Assembly (NCBI RefSeq): GCF_021869535.1
Contig: NW_026262696.1
Location: 1,612,001-1,676,000 of the forward strand
Direction: 5' to 3'
Source: Mytilus californianus
Lineage: Eukaryota
DNA length: 64,000 nucleotides
A model generated the notes under the pieces. It searched no databases and was not told the DNA's origin. It saw only the letters and a list, made by a program, of their open reading frames with translations. Of the stretch, positions 22,989 through 36,364 are shown piece after piece (position 1 is the first letter of the stretch; each line of letters starts with the position of its first letter). The position numbers and the translations under genes were made by a program.

Positions 22989-24272
22989 TCTATACTACTA
23001 AAATAACGAGGTCCAATTTGTTATCCGGTATGGGGTAAAAACGACGAATCCAAGAATTCAACTTTATTTATAACTAATATATAGGACAATGGTGTTGGTT
23101 TAGAATTTCACCATTCCAGGCCCTTTTGTTTTCCACATAATTAATATTACCAATAATTAACAAGTTCTGGGTCGAATCCGATACCGATACCAATAGTATA
23201 TGTCACCTGTTACCTAACCTATTACCTAATCTGTACGTTCCGCATCTGTCAGATGCACTACCAAACGGTGTATTTGGGATTTGATATATGCACGGATCAT
23301 AATCACACATGGATTTCGTCATTATACAGGGATTGACACTACTAAGTTCAATCATTGTCACATGTAGTTTACGGTTATAGTATTTTAATCAGCATGACTT
23401 TATACATGTAAGGTGACAATACGAATACTAAAATACAGACTAAAAATAAGGTGTACATGTAGGTACTTTCCAATTTGTTAGCCGGCATGAAGTGCATTTG
23501 TAAAAACATGGAATCAAAGAATTCAACTTCATATATAACTAATATAGGACAATGGTGTTGGTTAAAAAATTAAACCATTCCAGGCCCTTTTGTTTTCCAC
23601 ATAATTAATATTACCAATAATTAACAAGTTCTGGGTCGAATCCGATACCGATACCAATAGTATATGTCATCTGTTACCTATTACCTTATCTGTACGTTCC
23701 GCATCTGTCAGATGCACTACCAAACGGGGTATTTGGGATTTGATATATGCACGGATCATAATCACACATGGATTTCGTCATTGTACGGGGATTGACACTA
23801 CTAAGTTCAATCATTGTCACATGTAGTTTACGGTTATAGTATTTTAATCAGCATGACTTTATAAGGTGACAATACGAATACTAAATACGAATACTAAAAT
23901 ACAGACTAAAATAAGGTGTAGGTACTTTCCAATTTGTTAGTCGGCATGAAGTACATTTGTAAAAACATAGAATCAAAGAATTCAATTTTATATATAACTA
24001 ATATAGGACAATGGTGTTGGTTAAAAAGTTAAACCATTCCAGGCCCTTTTTGTTTTCCAAAAAAAATAATATTACCAATAGTTAATAAGTTCTGGGTCGA
24101 CGGGTTCAAATAGAAAGATTTTAAAAGCAGAGAACAAAGTGCAGCTTATAATCAACATGACTTTATCAAATGACAACACGAATACTAAAAATCCATGCTA
24201 TATAATAAGGCTTATATATAATTAGATACTTTAATTCTGTCATGGACCCGTGATGTCGCGGGTGTGGTCTAG
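22989..24272 (+). mobile_element. Non-autonomous Helitron with about 2.4 internal tandem copies of a roughly 460-bp unit
   Basis: 5-prime A|TC at 22988/22989. 3-prime hairpin acccgtga-tg-tcgcgggt (24246-24263), then CTAG|T (24269-24273). Unit anchor ggacaatggtgttgg at 23084, 23547 and 24006. Confidence 0.85.
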
Positions 24273-24411
24273 TCATGACAAATAAAAATAGCAAAGTTAC
24301 AGCGTGTTTATTTAACTTTTAACATAATATATTCAAAAAGTCAGAAAGTACTCACTGAATGGTCCCATAAAATAATGTCCAAGGAAATCGAAAGCTACAT
24401 GAATCATTCCT

Positions 24412-24990
24412 TAAAAATAATTAATAATTAATAATAACTTTATTCGTAGCAACAAAGTACATAGAATATAATTATATACATTTACCTAATATCATCAGTG
24501 TCTAGATAGTAATATATGCACAAACAATTTGAAATCACAACGACGGACAATATTCAAAACAATCAATAGTTACGGAATTTCCACAAAGACATAAATATTT
24601 TTCCAAATTATTCAAACAAATCTTAGTAAACAGTCTATTAATATACGAAAGAAGTATCTGTACGAAATAATGCCGGATTTTATTTGCAACGACCTTAAAC
24701 GATATTATTTTTTTACTTGGGATAAACTCTTTATCAAAAACTAGAATCGCAAAGCTGAAATTAATTTACACAGGAGTTTTCCTATCGATAATCCGGACAT
24801 TTGTTCTTGGTAGTACGTCCGGTCAGGTGGAGTATATCAACACCAACTGCTTCTGTTCAATAACTTGAGAACTCTTCAAACATTGCTTTTCAAATTTCAT
24901 TTTGGGGAAAATGGATTATCGAGGACAAAGTTGACATTGACAGCTTTCCGGCTTTGCTGTAGATTGGCAGCCTTTTGTTTTAAATGAAAT
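24412..24990 (-). mobile_element. Highly decayed LINE 3-prime end
   Basis: The minus strand ends in aataaa plus an (ATT)n-like tail, with fragmentary C-terminal ORF2-like peptides (HYF.., LCGN). Weak. Confidence 0.3.
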
Positions 24991-25952
24991 GCTCGAAGAT
25001 GTAACAATAATTAGTATTTAATTCAAAATTTTTGAAAATTATAAAAGCATACAGAATTTTTTTTTTAACATATTGTACATATGATTAGTGATGTTTAACT
25101 TTGAACATTTTATTTTTTTTCAAGTGGTCGTTGTTCAAAAACAGAGATAAAACTGAAAGAATTTTTTAGTGTGGCATATGTCTTTGTCTTTTTTTTTCAA
25201 TTGAAAGCATTTTGTGGGAAATTATAACTTCCTAGAATCTCCGTAAATGGAGGTTAGTGTACGGTATGAAGTCACTGAGTCGAAGTTGTACTACAAACTG
25301 GCTCCTCCCCTTAAAATTCTTTACGGTTTATTGAACATATATTTTCATATGCAAGCACATGAAACCATGACATAACCGGAATATATATTATATTATAACG
25401 TGTATTTCGACCTCTTGTATTTGTTGCTGCTTTTTTTTGTCATTTCTCGTCCTGAACATATGCATGAGACATTTGCCACTGGACATCAAGCTAACAACAA
25501 TCAGTTTTTGTAATTTCAAGATGAATATTATGTTCTTCAATTATAGGAATAGGCATTATTATGGAAGTTTATATGTGAAAGAAAATGTGGGATTAAACAA
25601 ATAACTATAAGAGACAAACATCTTTTACTGATAACATCTATTTATATCGAAGTACAAATAATTCTGTTTATGTACTAGAGGAAAAAATGAGAAATGTGAT
25701 CAATGCATATTTTATATGATTCCGCAGAAGGAATTAACACATAATCGGTCCGTGCAATATCATTTTTTAATACAAAGACAAATGTCAATGCATAAAAAAT
25801 CTTGAGAACTATACATTTTACTTCAAATTTTACGGACTTTACAGCTGGAAGTTAATGACTGTATTTATTTAGAATTTAAACACTGTTTTCTTCCAAATTT
25901 TACAATATTTCAGTTTGTTTCTAAATAAATCGAAATGCTAGCTACAACTTAC

Positions 25953-26798
25953 CTTTATCTCCTTGTGTCCCTTTATTTCCGGTCATCCCCTTGTCTCCTA
26001 ACGTTCCCTTTTCTCCTGTTGAACCTTTGTCACCATCTGTTCCTTTATCGCCGGTAGATCCTTTCTCTCCAGTCTGTCCTTTGTCGCCCTGAGTTCCCTC
26101 AATTCCTTTGTCACCTTGTGTACCTTTATTTCCTGTCATTCCCTTATCACCTTGCGTTCCCTTTCCTCCTATCATGCCTTTGTCGCCCAGTGTTCCTTTG
26201 GCACCTGTCATTCCTTTGTCTCCCTGGGTTCCTTTCGCTCCAGTCATACCTTTATCTCCTAGTGTTCCTTTTTCACCAATCATTCCCTTGTCTCCCAATG
26301 TTCCTTTTTCTCCAGTCATCCCTTTGTCTCCTAGAGTTCCTTTTTCTCCAGTCATTCCTTTGTCTCCTTGTGTTCCTTTGCCTCCAGACAATCCTTAGTC
26401 TCCTTGCGTTCCTTTCTCTCCAGTAATTCCTTTATCACCTTGCGTTCCTTTATTTCCTTTCATTCCTTTATCTCTTTGTGTACCTTTCTCTCCGGTCATT
26501 CCCTTGTCTCCTTGCGTTCCTTTCATTCCAGTCATTCCTTTGTCTCCTTGAGTCCCCTTTTCGCCAGTCATGCCTTTAACTCCTTTCATTCCCTGCATTC
26601 CTTTCATTCCTTTATAGCCTGCCTCGCCTTTCATTCCCTTTGTACCTTTATCACCTAATGTTCCTTTTTCTCCTGCCATTCCTTTATCGCCTTGTGTACC
26701 CTTTATTCCTGTCATGCCTTTGTCGCCTTGTGTACCTTTATCACCTGTTTTGCCTTTGTCGCCTTGTGTTCCTATCATTCCCTTATCTCCTTGTGTTC
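25953..26798 (-). pseudogene. Collagen exon C11 (846 nt = 94 triplets) with in-frame TAA
   Basis: Acceptor ttttttctaaAG, donor GTAAGT, phase 1-1. AAA>TAA at 26395-26397 and one Gly>Arg at 26473-26475. Confidence 0.85.
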
Positions 26799-27469
26799 CT
26801 TTAGAAAAAAATCACATTTTAGGTATTGTACACATATATTAAATTCAAGAATGCAGTTTACTTATTTTCATAAGTTATTTAGTCTGATAATTACTAAAAA
26901 ATATCCCAAAGATAATACGAAATATTGATTATAATTAAATTTAACTTAAAAGTAGATTATCAGCTCTATATTCCAATAAAAAGTTGAAAGCAACAATTCC
27001 TTTTCTAAAATTTTAATTTATAGTTTATGTGAGAGTAACACGAGTACAGATGTTCGAATAGTTTTTAGTAAAATCGATTTATGCTTTGCTTCTTTAAAAA
27101 AGGGGGGATTTTAAATTTGTCTCAAATGCCACAGATTTGTGCCGTTCGGAAGCAAATACATGCAAAGTTGTGGTCCCTTTTAAGTAAAAAAAATTTAATA
27201 ATTTTATATAATGACTACCAATATACATGGTATATAAGGAATTAAACTAACTGGCGATTTCTTTATTTTTTAGTTACAAAAACTGCGAGACTAAAAGTTC
27301 AGATATATACAATGTATAATACATATAAATGAAATTCACTATTCAATCCTATTTTTCAAGCAGAATGGAGAAATTAAAAGAAAAATATGTTTTAAGATTA
27401 TTTTTTTAATCTTCATTAAAAGTAAATATAATCAATGGGATATTTTGGCGATCTGATTTTTATCGCGAA

Positions 27470-27600
27470 TTCATCGAATATAAACCATTGCCAAATCAAC
27501 AAATATAAACGCATCGCAAAATCAGCAAAAATAATCCTATTGCCAAATCAGCGAAAACAAACCCACCGCCAAATCATCGAAAATAAACCCATCGTAAATC
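27470..27600 (+). repeat. Degenerate 21-22-bp tandem repeat (gccaaatcagcgaaaataaacc), about 6 copies
   Basis: Direct reading; probably the interior of a MITE. Confidence 0.6.
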
Positions 27601-28440
27601 TGCCCGCTTTACAATATGGATTTAGTTGTCCATGTTTGTTCATTTTATAAACATTTCGGTTAGTAATGTATTTCTTGAAAAATCTTGGACAGAGCACAAT
27701 TGAAATGATGTAAATTTTACATCGTAATTTACTCCTTTTACCGAATTACTATTTTTCTAGGTGTATAATGAAAAAGAACAGTGTCACACTTGCGCGCTTT
27801 TTGGTTTTAAAATTGGGAATATATATCATAAATATCTCTTAGAAATTAAATCGGGATAGGAAAATGCTACTACACATTTATATGATAAATAAAAAACGCA
27901 GATTTGAAATGTGTATAATTTTTGGAAACCTGTCTTGGAGTTATGTTATACTGGCGTGCTAAAATGTAAAGCAACAGTGAGAAATATATAAATAGAAATT
28001 TCATATTCAACATTCAAGTAACTTAAATTTTCTGTGTTCAAAAATATATAGTAGTTGCGCAATAACACAATATAGGTCAGATCAGCACCAGTTTCTTGTT
28101 TTTTCAATAGCAATATCTAGTTGACAATGAATTATCAGAAATATCAAAATAATTTTTTTTTAAATATTTGCTAAAATTTCAGTTCACCCGTATAAACCTC
28201 GATGAATCCAGCACTAATGCAAATTCAAATTATGTATAATAATGATAAACATATGTTACTTTGATATCAAAATTTGGCCAGTTTCATAATTGTCTTACAT
28301 CAAAAATTGTATATCAGAACCAACGTAGTTTATATATTTTTTGTTATTTATATACGCAAAACATTACGGGAATATTTAAAATAATTGAAAACAACAAATA
28401 AGTATCTATATATTTCAGCACCTTATCGATTGTTACCTAC

Positions 28441-29130
28441 CCTTTTCGCCTGTCATTCCTGTCCCAGAGGTTCCCTTATCACCATGCGTTCCCTTTTCTC
28501 CTGTCATTCCTTTGTCTCCTTGCGTTCCTTTCAATCCAGTCGTTCCTTTGTCTCCTTGTGTGCCCTTTTCACCTGTCATACCTTTAACTCCTTTCATTCC
28601 TTTATAGCCTGTCTCGCCTTTCATTCCCTTTGCACCTTTATCGCCTACGGTTCCTTTTTGGCCGGTCATTCCTTTGTCTCCTTGTGTACCTTTCTGGCCA
28701 GTCTCTCCTTTCAAACCTTTGTCTCCCTGTGTTCCTTTATCCCCTGGTCCACCTGTTGCACCCTTATCTCCTTCTGTTCCTTTCATTCCTTTGTCCCCTT
28801 CTGTTCCCTTTACACCTGTCATACCCTTATCTCCTTGTGCTCCTTTCTCACCCGTCACACCTTTATCTCCGAATGTTCCTTTTTCACCAGTAATGCCTTT
28901 AACTCCTTTCATTCCTTTGTAGCCTGTCTCGCCTTTCATTCCCTTTGCACCTTTATCGCCTAGTGTTCCTTTTTCACCTGTCATTCCTTTGTCGCCTGAT
29001 GTTCCTTTAGCACCTGTTGGTCCTCTGTTACCTGTAACACCTTTATCGCCTAACGTTCCTTTTTCGCCGGTCATTCCTTTATCGCCCAGAGTGCCTTTTT
29101 CTCCAGTTTCGCCTTTATTGCCCAGGGTAC
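28441..29130 (-). CDS. Collagen exon C10 (690 nt), open, one Gly-X-Gly imperfection
   Basis: ORF 28433-29137. AAG acceptor (weak) and GTAGGT donor, phase 1-1. Length is 3 nt short of 77 triplets, matching GTS-GT-GMT. Confidence 0.8.
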
Positions 29131-29954
29131 CTTTCATTCATTTTAAAGTAGAAAATGAGATCAATGAATATATTAGATATATTAACGTTATATAGTGGAA
29201 ATAGCTTTTATTCTTGCATACAGTGATAGATTTCCACACATGCTAACGAACTCAATGTACATTAGATGTCCAAAATGGTAGTTATTGACAGTGTTTTTCA
29301 CAATCAAAACAATGAAATGCTTCTCGGTCTTAACGAGAAAACGGAACATCTTTAATACAACGTTAAATGGCGTTTTATATGTAGGGCATGTCAATAAATA
29401 TTTTTTTTCAAAGTAGAATCACACTCGATACAACATAAAACTAGAATTAAGACAAATGTCAACACTTGAATATGTGAAGTTTAAGATGTTTTAGATAAAG
29501 AATGTAGATAGTTTTCGACTTTATAAATCATATATTTTATGCAAATTTTAAACCTTAAGGCAACATGATTCTTAATTTGCACTTTTCTATATAAAAAAGC
29601 CGATTGTGGACACACAGTAATGTAGGAGCATGAACTTTTACTTGTATTGTTCGTCTTTAAATATAAATGTGTTACTAACCTTATAATTAATCAAAGTCAA
29701 ACAGTTTCAAAATTATAAGTAACATGTATGTAACTATACTAACATATTGTTTCACATTTAGCAATTGTCATATTTAAAATTTCCTAGATGAGATAAGAAA
29801 AGATCAGATACATATAGCATGCATTTTGAAAATTCATTGGATTATAATGTAAACAAATTGTTATAAAATTTTTTATTCTTGTAACTATATTAAAAAAATG
29901 ATTTTTGATAAGTTCCTTAATACAATGAGTGAAAGATTAGTTATAATATATTAC

Positions 29955-30431
29955 CTTTATCTCCTTGAGTGCCTTTGTTTCCTGTCACTCCTTTATCTCC
30001 TTGTGTTCCTTTTACACCAGTCATACCCTTATCACCTTCGGTTCCTTTATTGCCTGTCGTACCTTTATCTCCTTGTGTTCCTTTGTTTCCCGTCATGCCT
30101 TTGACACCTTTCATTCCTTTATAGCCTTTTGCTCCTTTCTCTCCTGTTACACCTTTATCGCCCTCAGTACCCTTTTGTCCCGTCATTCCTTTATCTCCTG
30201 ATGTTCCTTTATCACCAGTTGTTCCTTTACCGCCTGTCATTCCTTTGTCTCCTTGTGTTCCTTTATCTCCTGTTTCACCTTTATCGCCTTCCTTTCCTTT
30301 CGAACCTTTATCTCCTTGTGTGCCTTTTGACCCGGTCATTCCTTTATCTCCTTGTGTACCCTTTTCACCTGTCATTCCTATATCGCCTAGTGTTCCTTTC
30401 TGGCCAGTCATCCCTTTATCTCCCTGTGGCC
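29955..30431 (-). CDS. Collagen exon C9 (477 nt = 53 triplets), intact
   Basis: Acceptor cacatttAG, donor GTAATA, phase 1-1, unbroken Gly-X-Y. Confidence 0.88.
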
Positions 30432-30823
30432 CTAAATGTGATTGTTTTTGTATTAAGTTAAACAAAATGTAGCTTCCTTTTTAAACGTAAGACATTGTTG
30501 CAATTAACAATTATCAAAGTATTTTTAATTTATCTTATTTTTTTGCTGGTTTTTAAATTGTTTAATGGATGTGTGTAATTAGTTATATGTTTTTTATGTT
30601 AATACTTTTGTTTCTCATCCCAAAGTGAAAAAAAAACCTTCACAAGTTCTTCCTGTTGTTTATAATTATACATTTCTGACTCGAGTGTGCTAACTTAAAG
30701 ATCAATTCCTTTATCAACGTATTTATGATATGGCAATAATATATAATGCAAAGAATACTGAATTTCAAGGACAAAATTAATCAATTTACATATACACATT
30801 ATACAGACAAATACTAGAAATTA

Positions 30824-31556
30824 TCTTACCTCCTATACATTTCTAGGAATATGATTGGTTAAAAGCAACCGCGTGGAGACCTTGTATATTTCATATTAGG
30901 TTTGTAGGCGGGGCTAATTTCAATACACAGTTAGTAGTGGTGTTACGTCCGTTTATAAAAACAAGACGGTGTTAAAGAAAAATCTGAAAGGTTTCAACAG
31001 ACGAAGAAATTGATGATAAACGATTGAAATAAATTCATAATACACATTTAAAGGTAACAAGTTGTTACTGTTGGCATTTGTTTTTGTATAGACAAATGGA
31101 AGTAGGTTCTTAATACTAAGTATTGAAGACTGAATCACTTTGATAGGTCACTAGTCTAAATACCACATGTTAAAATAGTCGGTAAGATAAATTCGTTACA
31201 AAGTGTGCTAATGACCTAATACGATATATATGGGGTCAGTAAATTCCATATATATTTTATTAGGTTACTAGCACACTATGTAACTAATACTAGTAATATG
31301 CCCTGAGCATGCCGAGGAAATTCAAGATGTATTATTGGTTACATAATGTGCTAGTGACCTAATACGATATATATGGGGCCAATAAAATCCATATGGAGTG
31401 AGAGCAAAGCCGTGTTGATTTTTATAAAGGGACGTAACAGCACTACTAACTGTGAAACTAAAATAAGCCCCGCCTACTAACCTAATATGAAATATACAGG
31501 TCTCCACGCGGTTGCTGTTAACCAATCATATTCCTAGAAATGTATAGGAGGTAAGA
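30824..31556. mobile_element. MITE with about 145-bp terminal inverted repeats and a TA target duplication
   Basis: TA|tcttacctcctatacatttctaggaatatg... mirrored by ...catattcctagaaatgtataggaggtaaga|TA. Internal 48-bp direct repeats at about 31202 and 31346. Confidence 0.85.
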
Positions 31557-32012
31557 TAAAATAGTATACATGTGTTCCTTCATCCAGATTTAAAGAGTTT
31601 CACACACTGCACACATAATAATATCACATTCAATTATTGTTTTAAGACCAATTTAAAAAGGATTTATCGTTCGACCTTGAGACCTGACATCTTATTTAAA
31701 AGGACATATAACCTTTTAAAAAAAAGTTGTGACCTAAGTGGGGTAACCTACTGGAGCCCCATTTGCATACAAAGGACGGTAGGTGAAACTTAACATCATC
31801 AAGAAAAGAGGATGACATGTTTGAATGTGATAATACATGCACAAAGATTTTCCGATGAGAAGAATATACACATAGTTACGCACCATATGTATCTTTTAAA
31901 AAAAGTTTTAGTAACATTCAATGTAATGTGAATTGCTAGAGTAATATTCCACATTGTATTCTTAAATCAATTATAGATACAGGTTATGTTTGCGGGAACT
32001 ATAATTCCATAC

Positions 32013-32372
32013 CTTGCATGCCTTTATCGCCTCGTGTTCCTTTTTCTCCCATCATTCCTTTATCTCCCAGTGTTCCTTTATCGCCATCAGTTCCTTTGTC
32101 ACCTTCTGTTCCTTTTGATCCTGCCATTCCTTTTACACCTTTCATTCCCTGCATTCCTTTCATACCTTTATATCCCGTCTCTCCTTTCATTCCTTTGGCT
32201 CCTTTATCGCCTAGTGTTCCTTTTTCTCCAGTCATTCCTTTATCACCTCGAGTTCCCTTGTTTCCTGGCATTCCCTTATCGCCGTTTGTTCCCTTTTCTC
32301 CTGTCATTCCTTTATCTCCCAACGTTCCTTTTTCTCCTTTATTTCCCGTCATTCCTTTATCCCCTTGTGTAC
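32013..32372 (-). CDS. Collagen exon C8 (360 nt = 40 triplets), intact
   Basis: Acceptor atatttAG, donor GTATGG, phase 1-1. Confidence 0.88.
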
Positions 32373-32431
32373 CTAAATATTTGATGTATCATTAGAATTG
32401 CTTATTAGCTATGATAGAAGTTACATAAAAG

Positions 32432-33058
32432 AACAGAGTTCCAATGTCCCCCGCGTTGCACATATTTTATCTATCCAGGGGCAATATCTGAAAAAACAAC
32501 ACTTTTTTTTTGTTGATCTTTAAAACAATTTATAAATAAAAAGCGTGCGCGGTGGGACAAAAAAGATTTTTTTTTATTGTATACTAAATATTTCAAACAG
32601 ACCTTCAAGGGTATTACTTATAGTATACTATAAGTTTAATAAAAAATGTACACGTGAGAGCACTAACGAGGCCATTTTCCATTCGTTTAATATTTCCAAG
32701 GGCATAACTCTTTCAAAAATGTCAATCGGCCACCATTATAGAACTTGTCCGAGATATTGCTGATATTAACCTATAGTACAAGTTTTATAAAAATCTGGCA
32801 AGAATCGTTCCCTTGAGAGTGCTAACACGGCCATTTCCATAGATTTAATATTTCCAAGGGGCATAACTCTTTAAAAAAAAAACCGATCGGCCACCATTAT
32901 AGAACTTGTCCGAGATATTGCTGTTATTAACCTATAGTATAAGTACTATATATTCTGGCAAGATTTGCACCTGTGAGAGCGCTAACAAGACTGGACGGAC
33001 GCACGGACCCCCGGTATTTCCATGTCCCCCGCAATGCGTTACGCGGGGGACAAAAAAG
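32432..33058 (+). mobile_element. HINE/pearl-like element, family 2, in a collagen intron
   Basis: 5-prime tgtcccccgcg, internal units of about 152 bp, GACG microsatellite, 3-prime hairpin tgtcccccgc..gcgggggaca (33023-33052). Confidence 0.8.
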
Positions 33059-33210
33059 CTGTGCTCCAATAAAAAAATTTCGAAATATTAAACAAAATCG
33101 TATAAACTCTCCTGTCACTTAGATATTAGAAAGTTGTCTCAAGCAGTTTATATTTTTAATAAGCAGTCATACATTCACATAATATAAGGTTAACTACTTA
33201 TAATTCTCAC

Positions 33211-34254
33211 CTTTATTACCAGTCTCCCCCTTCTCACCGTCTGTTCCTTTTGTTCCTGTCATTCCTTTGACGCCTTTCAATCCTTGCACGCCTTTCATGC
33301 CTTTATATCCCGTCTCTCCCTTCATTCCCTTTGCTCCTTTGTCTCCTTCTGTTCCTTTTTCTCCGGTCATTCCTTTATCACCTAGCGTTCCTTTTGCTCC
33401 GGTCAATCCTTTGTCACCTTGTGTTCCCTTTCTCCCGGTCATACCCTTGTCACCTTGTGTTCCTTTTTCTCCGACCATACCCTTGTCACCTAATGTTCCC
33501 TTTTGACCTGTCATACCCTTATCACCTGTCGTTCCTTTCTCTCCTGTCATTCCCTCATCTCCTTGCGTTCCTTTTTGACCAGTCATTCCTTTGTCACCTT
33601 CTGTTCCTTTATCTCCTGCCATTCCTTTGGCGCCTTTCATACCTTTATATCCCGTCTCTCCCTTCATTCCTTTGGCTGCTTTATCGCCATTTGTTCCTTT
33701 TTGTCCTATCATTCCTTTATCACCTAGTGTTCCTTTTTCGCCTGTCATGCCTTTGTCCCCTTGTGTTCCTTTTTCACCAGTCATGCCTTTGTCTCCTTGA
33801 GTTCCTGTCATTCCTTTATCACCCTGTGATCCTTTTTCACCGAATTCCCCTTTGTCACCTTGGATACCCTTATTCCCAAGGGTTCCATTTTGTCCCGTCA
33901 TTCCTTTGTCTCCTTGTGTCCCTTTTTCCCCAGTCATTCCTTTGTCTCCCATTGTTCCTTTCTCTCCTGTCATACCTTTATCACCTTGTGTTCCCTTAGT
34001 ACCTGTCATTCCTTTATCCCCTTGTGTTCCTTTTTCACCTGCCATTCCTTTGTCCCCTAGAGTTCCCTTGTTTCCAGTCATTCCTTTATCACCGTCTGTT
34101 CCTTTTTCTCCTGTCATTCCTTTATTCCCTAGTGTACCTTTAGCTCCTACTGGACCCTTGAATCCTGTCATACCCTTATCGCCCTGGGTTCCCTTGTTGC
34201 CTGTCATTCCTTTGTCTCCTGTTGTTCCTTTCATTCCTTTATCCCCTTGCGTGC
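33211..34254 (-). CDS. Collagen exon C7 (1044 nt = 116 triplets), open, one Gly>Ala
   Basis: ORF 33194-34234. Acceptor ttataaattccAG, donor GTGAGA, phase 1-1. Confidence 0.88.
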
Positions 34255-34877
34255 CTGGAATTTATAATTCATATTTCAAAAGATGTTCACTGAAAAATAT
34301 ATATGATTAAATGCGCATATAGAATGCTTGTATTAAATCGTCAACTAGTTGATTAAACATTAAGCAAAATAATAAGACTCCCTATGTATGACTTATACGA
34401 AATATTGAACGAAGAATGAAAATATTAGTCTTATTGTTTTCGTTTTGAAATTCGTCATCAATTTTAACATACCAATAATATTTTATATAGATTCGTTTTA
34501 CTTGAACATTGTATTTAATTTTCCACTTAATTTCATCGCAAGAACGTATAGGAAAATTTGAAAAATATCTAGATAGATATTTGCTGAAATAAGCACTCGT
34601 ATAAACAATATTTAAACTTTATGTTCGTGTAGAAAAAGACAACTAACTTGACATGTACACAAATAATTTAGACTTTAAGATTTTAAGAATCTTGCAACAT
34701 TATTGATGTAAAAATCCTTGACAACGAACCTTGTCCCAAACCGAGATATCAATAGAAACTCTTCAACGAAGATTTCAAAAAATTTCCAATTTGATACTTT
34801 TGCAAGCTATTTTCTGACTCTTTTTAAAAAGTCCCAGACATTCACATAACATTTGATTATCTACACATCAATCTCAC

Positions 34878-35958
34878 CTTTATCACCAGTCGTTCCTTTG
34901 TCACCTTCTGTTCCTGTTGCTCCTGTCATTCCTTTTACCCCCTTTCAATCCTTGCATTCCTTTCATGCCTTAATATCCCGTCTCTCCCTTCATTCCTTTA
35001 GCTCCTTTATCGCCGTGTGTTCCTTTTTCACCGGTCATCCCTTTATCCCCTTGTGTTCCCTTTGTTCCAGTCATTCCTTCGTCTCCTTGTGTTCCCTTAT
35101 TTCCTGTTATTCCTTTGTCACCTTCTGTTCCTTTTTCACCTGTCATTCCCTTGTCTCCCAGTGTTCCTTTCCCACCAGTTATTCCTTTGTCGCCTTGCGT
35201 TCCTTTTTCACCTGTCATTCCTTTGTCTGCTAGTGTTCCTTTCTCACCGGTCATTCCTTTGTCGCCTTGTGTTCCTTTTTCACCTGTGGCTCCTTTATCT
35301 CCAGAAGTTCCCTTATTTCCTGTCATTCCTTTGTCACCATTTGTTCCTTTTGCTCCTGTCATGCCTTTCATTCCTTTGATTCCTTTTTGTCCTGTCATTC
35401 CTTTGATTCCTTTGTCGCCTTGTGTTCCTTCTTGTCCTGTCATTCCTTTGTCTCCTAGTGTGCCTTTTTCTCCTTGTGTTCCTTTTCCGCCCGTCAATTC
35501 CTTGTCGCCCAGCGTTCCTTTGCTTCCTGTCATACCCTTGTCTCCCTGTGTACCGTTAGCTCCAACATTACCAGTGTCACCTTTATCACCATCTGTTCCC
35601 TTCTTTCCTGACATTCCTTTGTCTCCTTGCGTTCCTTTCGATCCTATCATTCCTTTATCTCCTTGCGTTCCTTTCTGTCCAGTCATTCCTTTGTCACCTT
35701 CTGTTCCTTTTGTGCCTGTCATTCCTTTTACACCTTTTATTCCCTGTATTCCTTTCATTTCCTTGTAACCTCTCTCGCCTTTCATTCCTTTGTCGCCTTG
35801 TGTTCCTTTTTGTCCTGTCATTCCTTTATCTCCGTGTGTGCCGTAGTTTCCTGTTAGACCTTTGTTTCCTGTTTCTCCCTTATCTCCCCGAGTTCCTTCT
35901 CCTCCTGTCATTCCCTTGTCACCAGTTGTTCCTTTCATTCCTTTATCTCCTTGTGTTC
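34878..35958 (-). pseudogene. Collagen exon C6 (1081 nt = 120 triplets + 1), most damaged
   Basis: Acceptor gatcatttcAG, donor GTGAGA. AAA>TAA at 34970-34972, +1 frameshift in the homopolymers at 34933-34942, and three Gly substitutions (EMK, ELT, ADK). Confidence 0.85.
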
Positions 35959-36364
35959 CTGAAATGATCAAATGTGGCCTTGTTCATCTAACATGACTGA
36001 TGAATTGCAAAATAAATCAACAAAAATAAAAATAATTAAAAGTTGAATGTGAAAATAACAAAAATTCTGCTTAAATTTACTCTTTTAGCAAATCTCTTTT
36101 AAACCAAAGAAAACTTTGAACCATTCTTTTTTCTCATATAAATGATCTCTTGAATCAAACAATGAAAATGTGAATCATATAGATCATCAATTATTAGATT
36201 GAAACACTTGCCTTGGCACAAAACCTTCCTTTACATAAATATACAGGGGAAACGTACATTGCTGAAACAAAGTGTCTTATGCAATAAAAAAAGGCTCTTT
36301 AATGTAGTACATTTGTACGAACAACTAATTTTCAGGCCTACATAATTAAAACATGTTATGTCTA

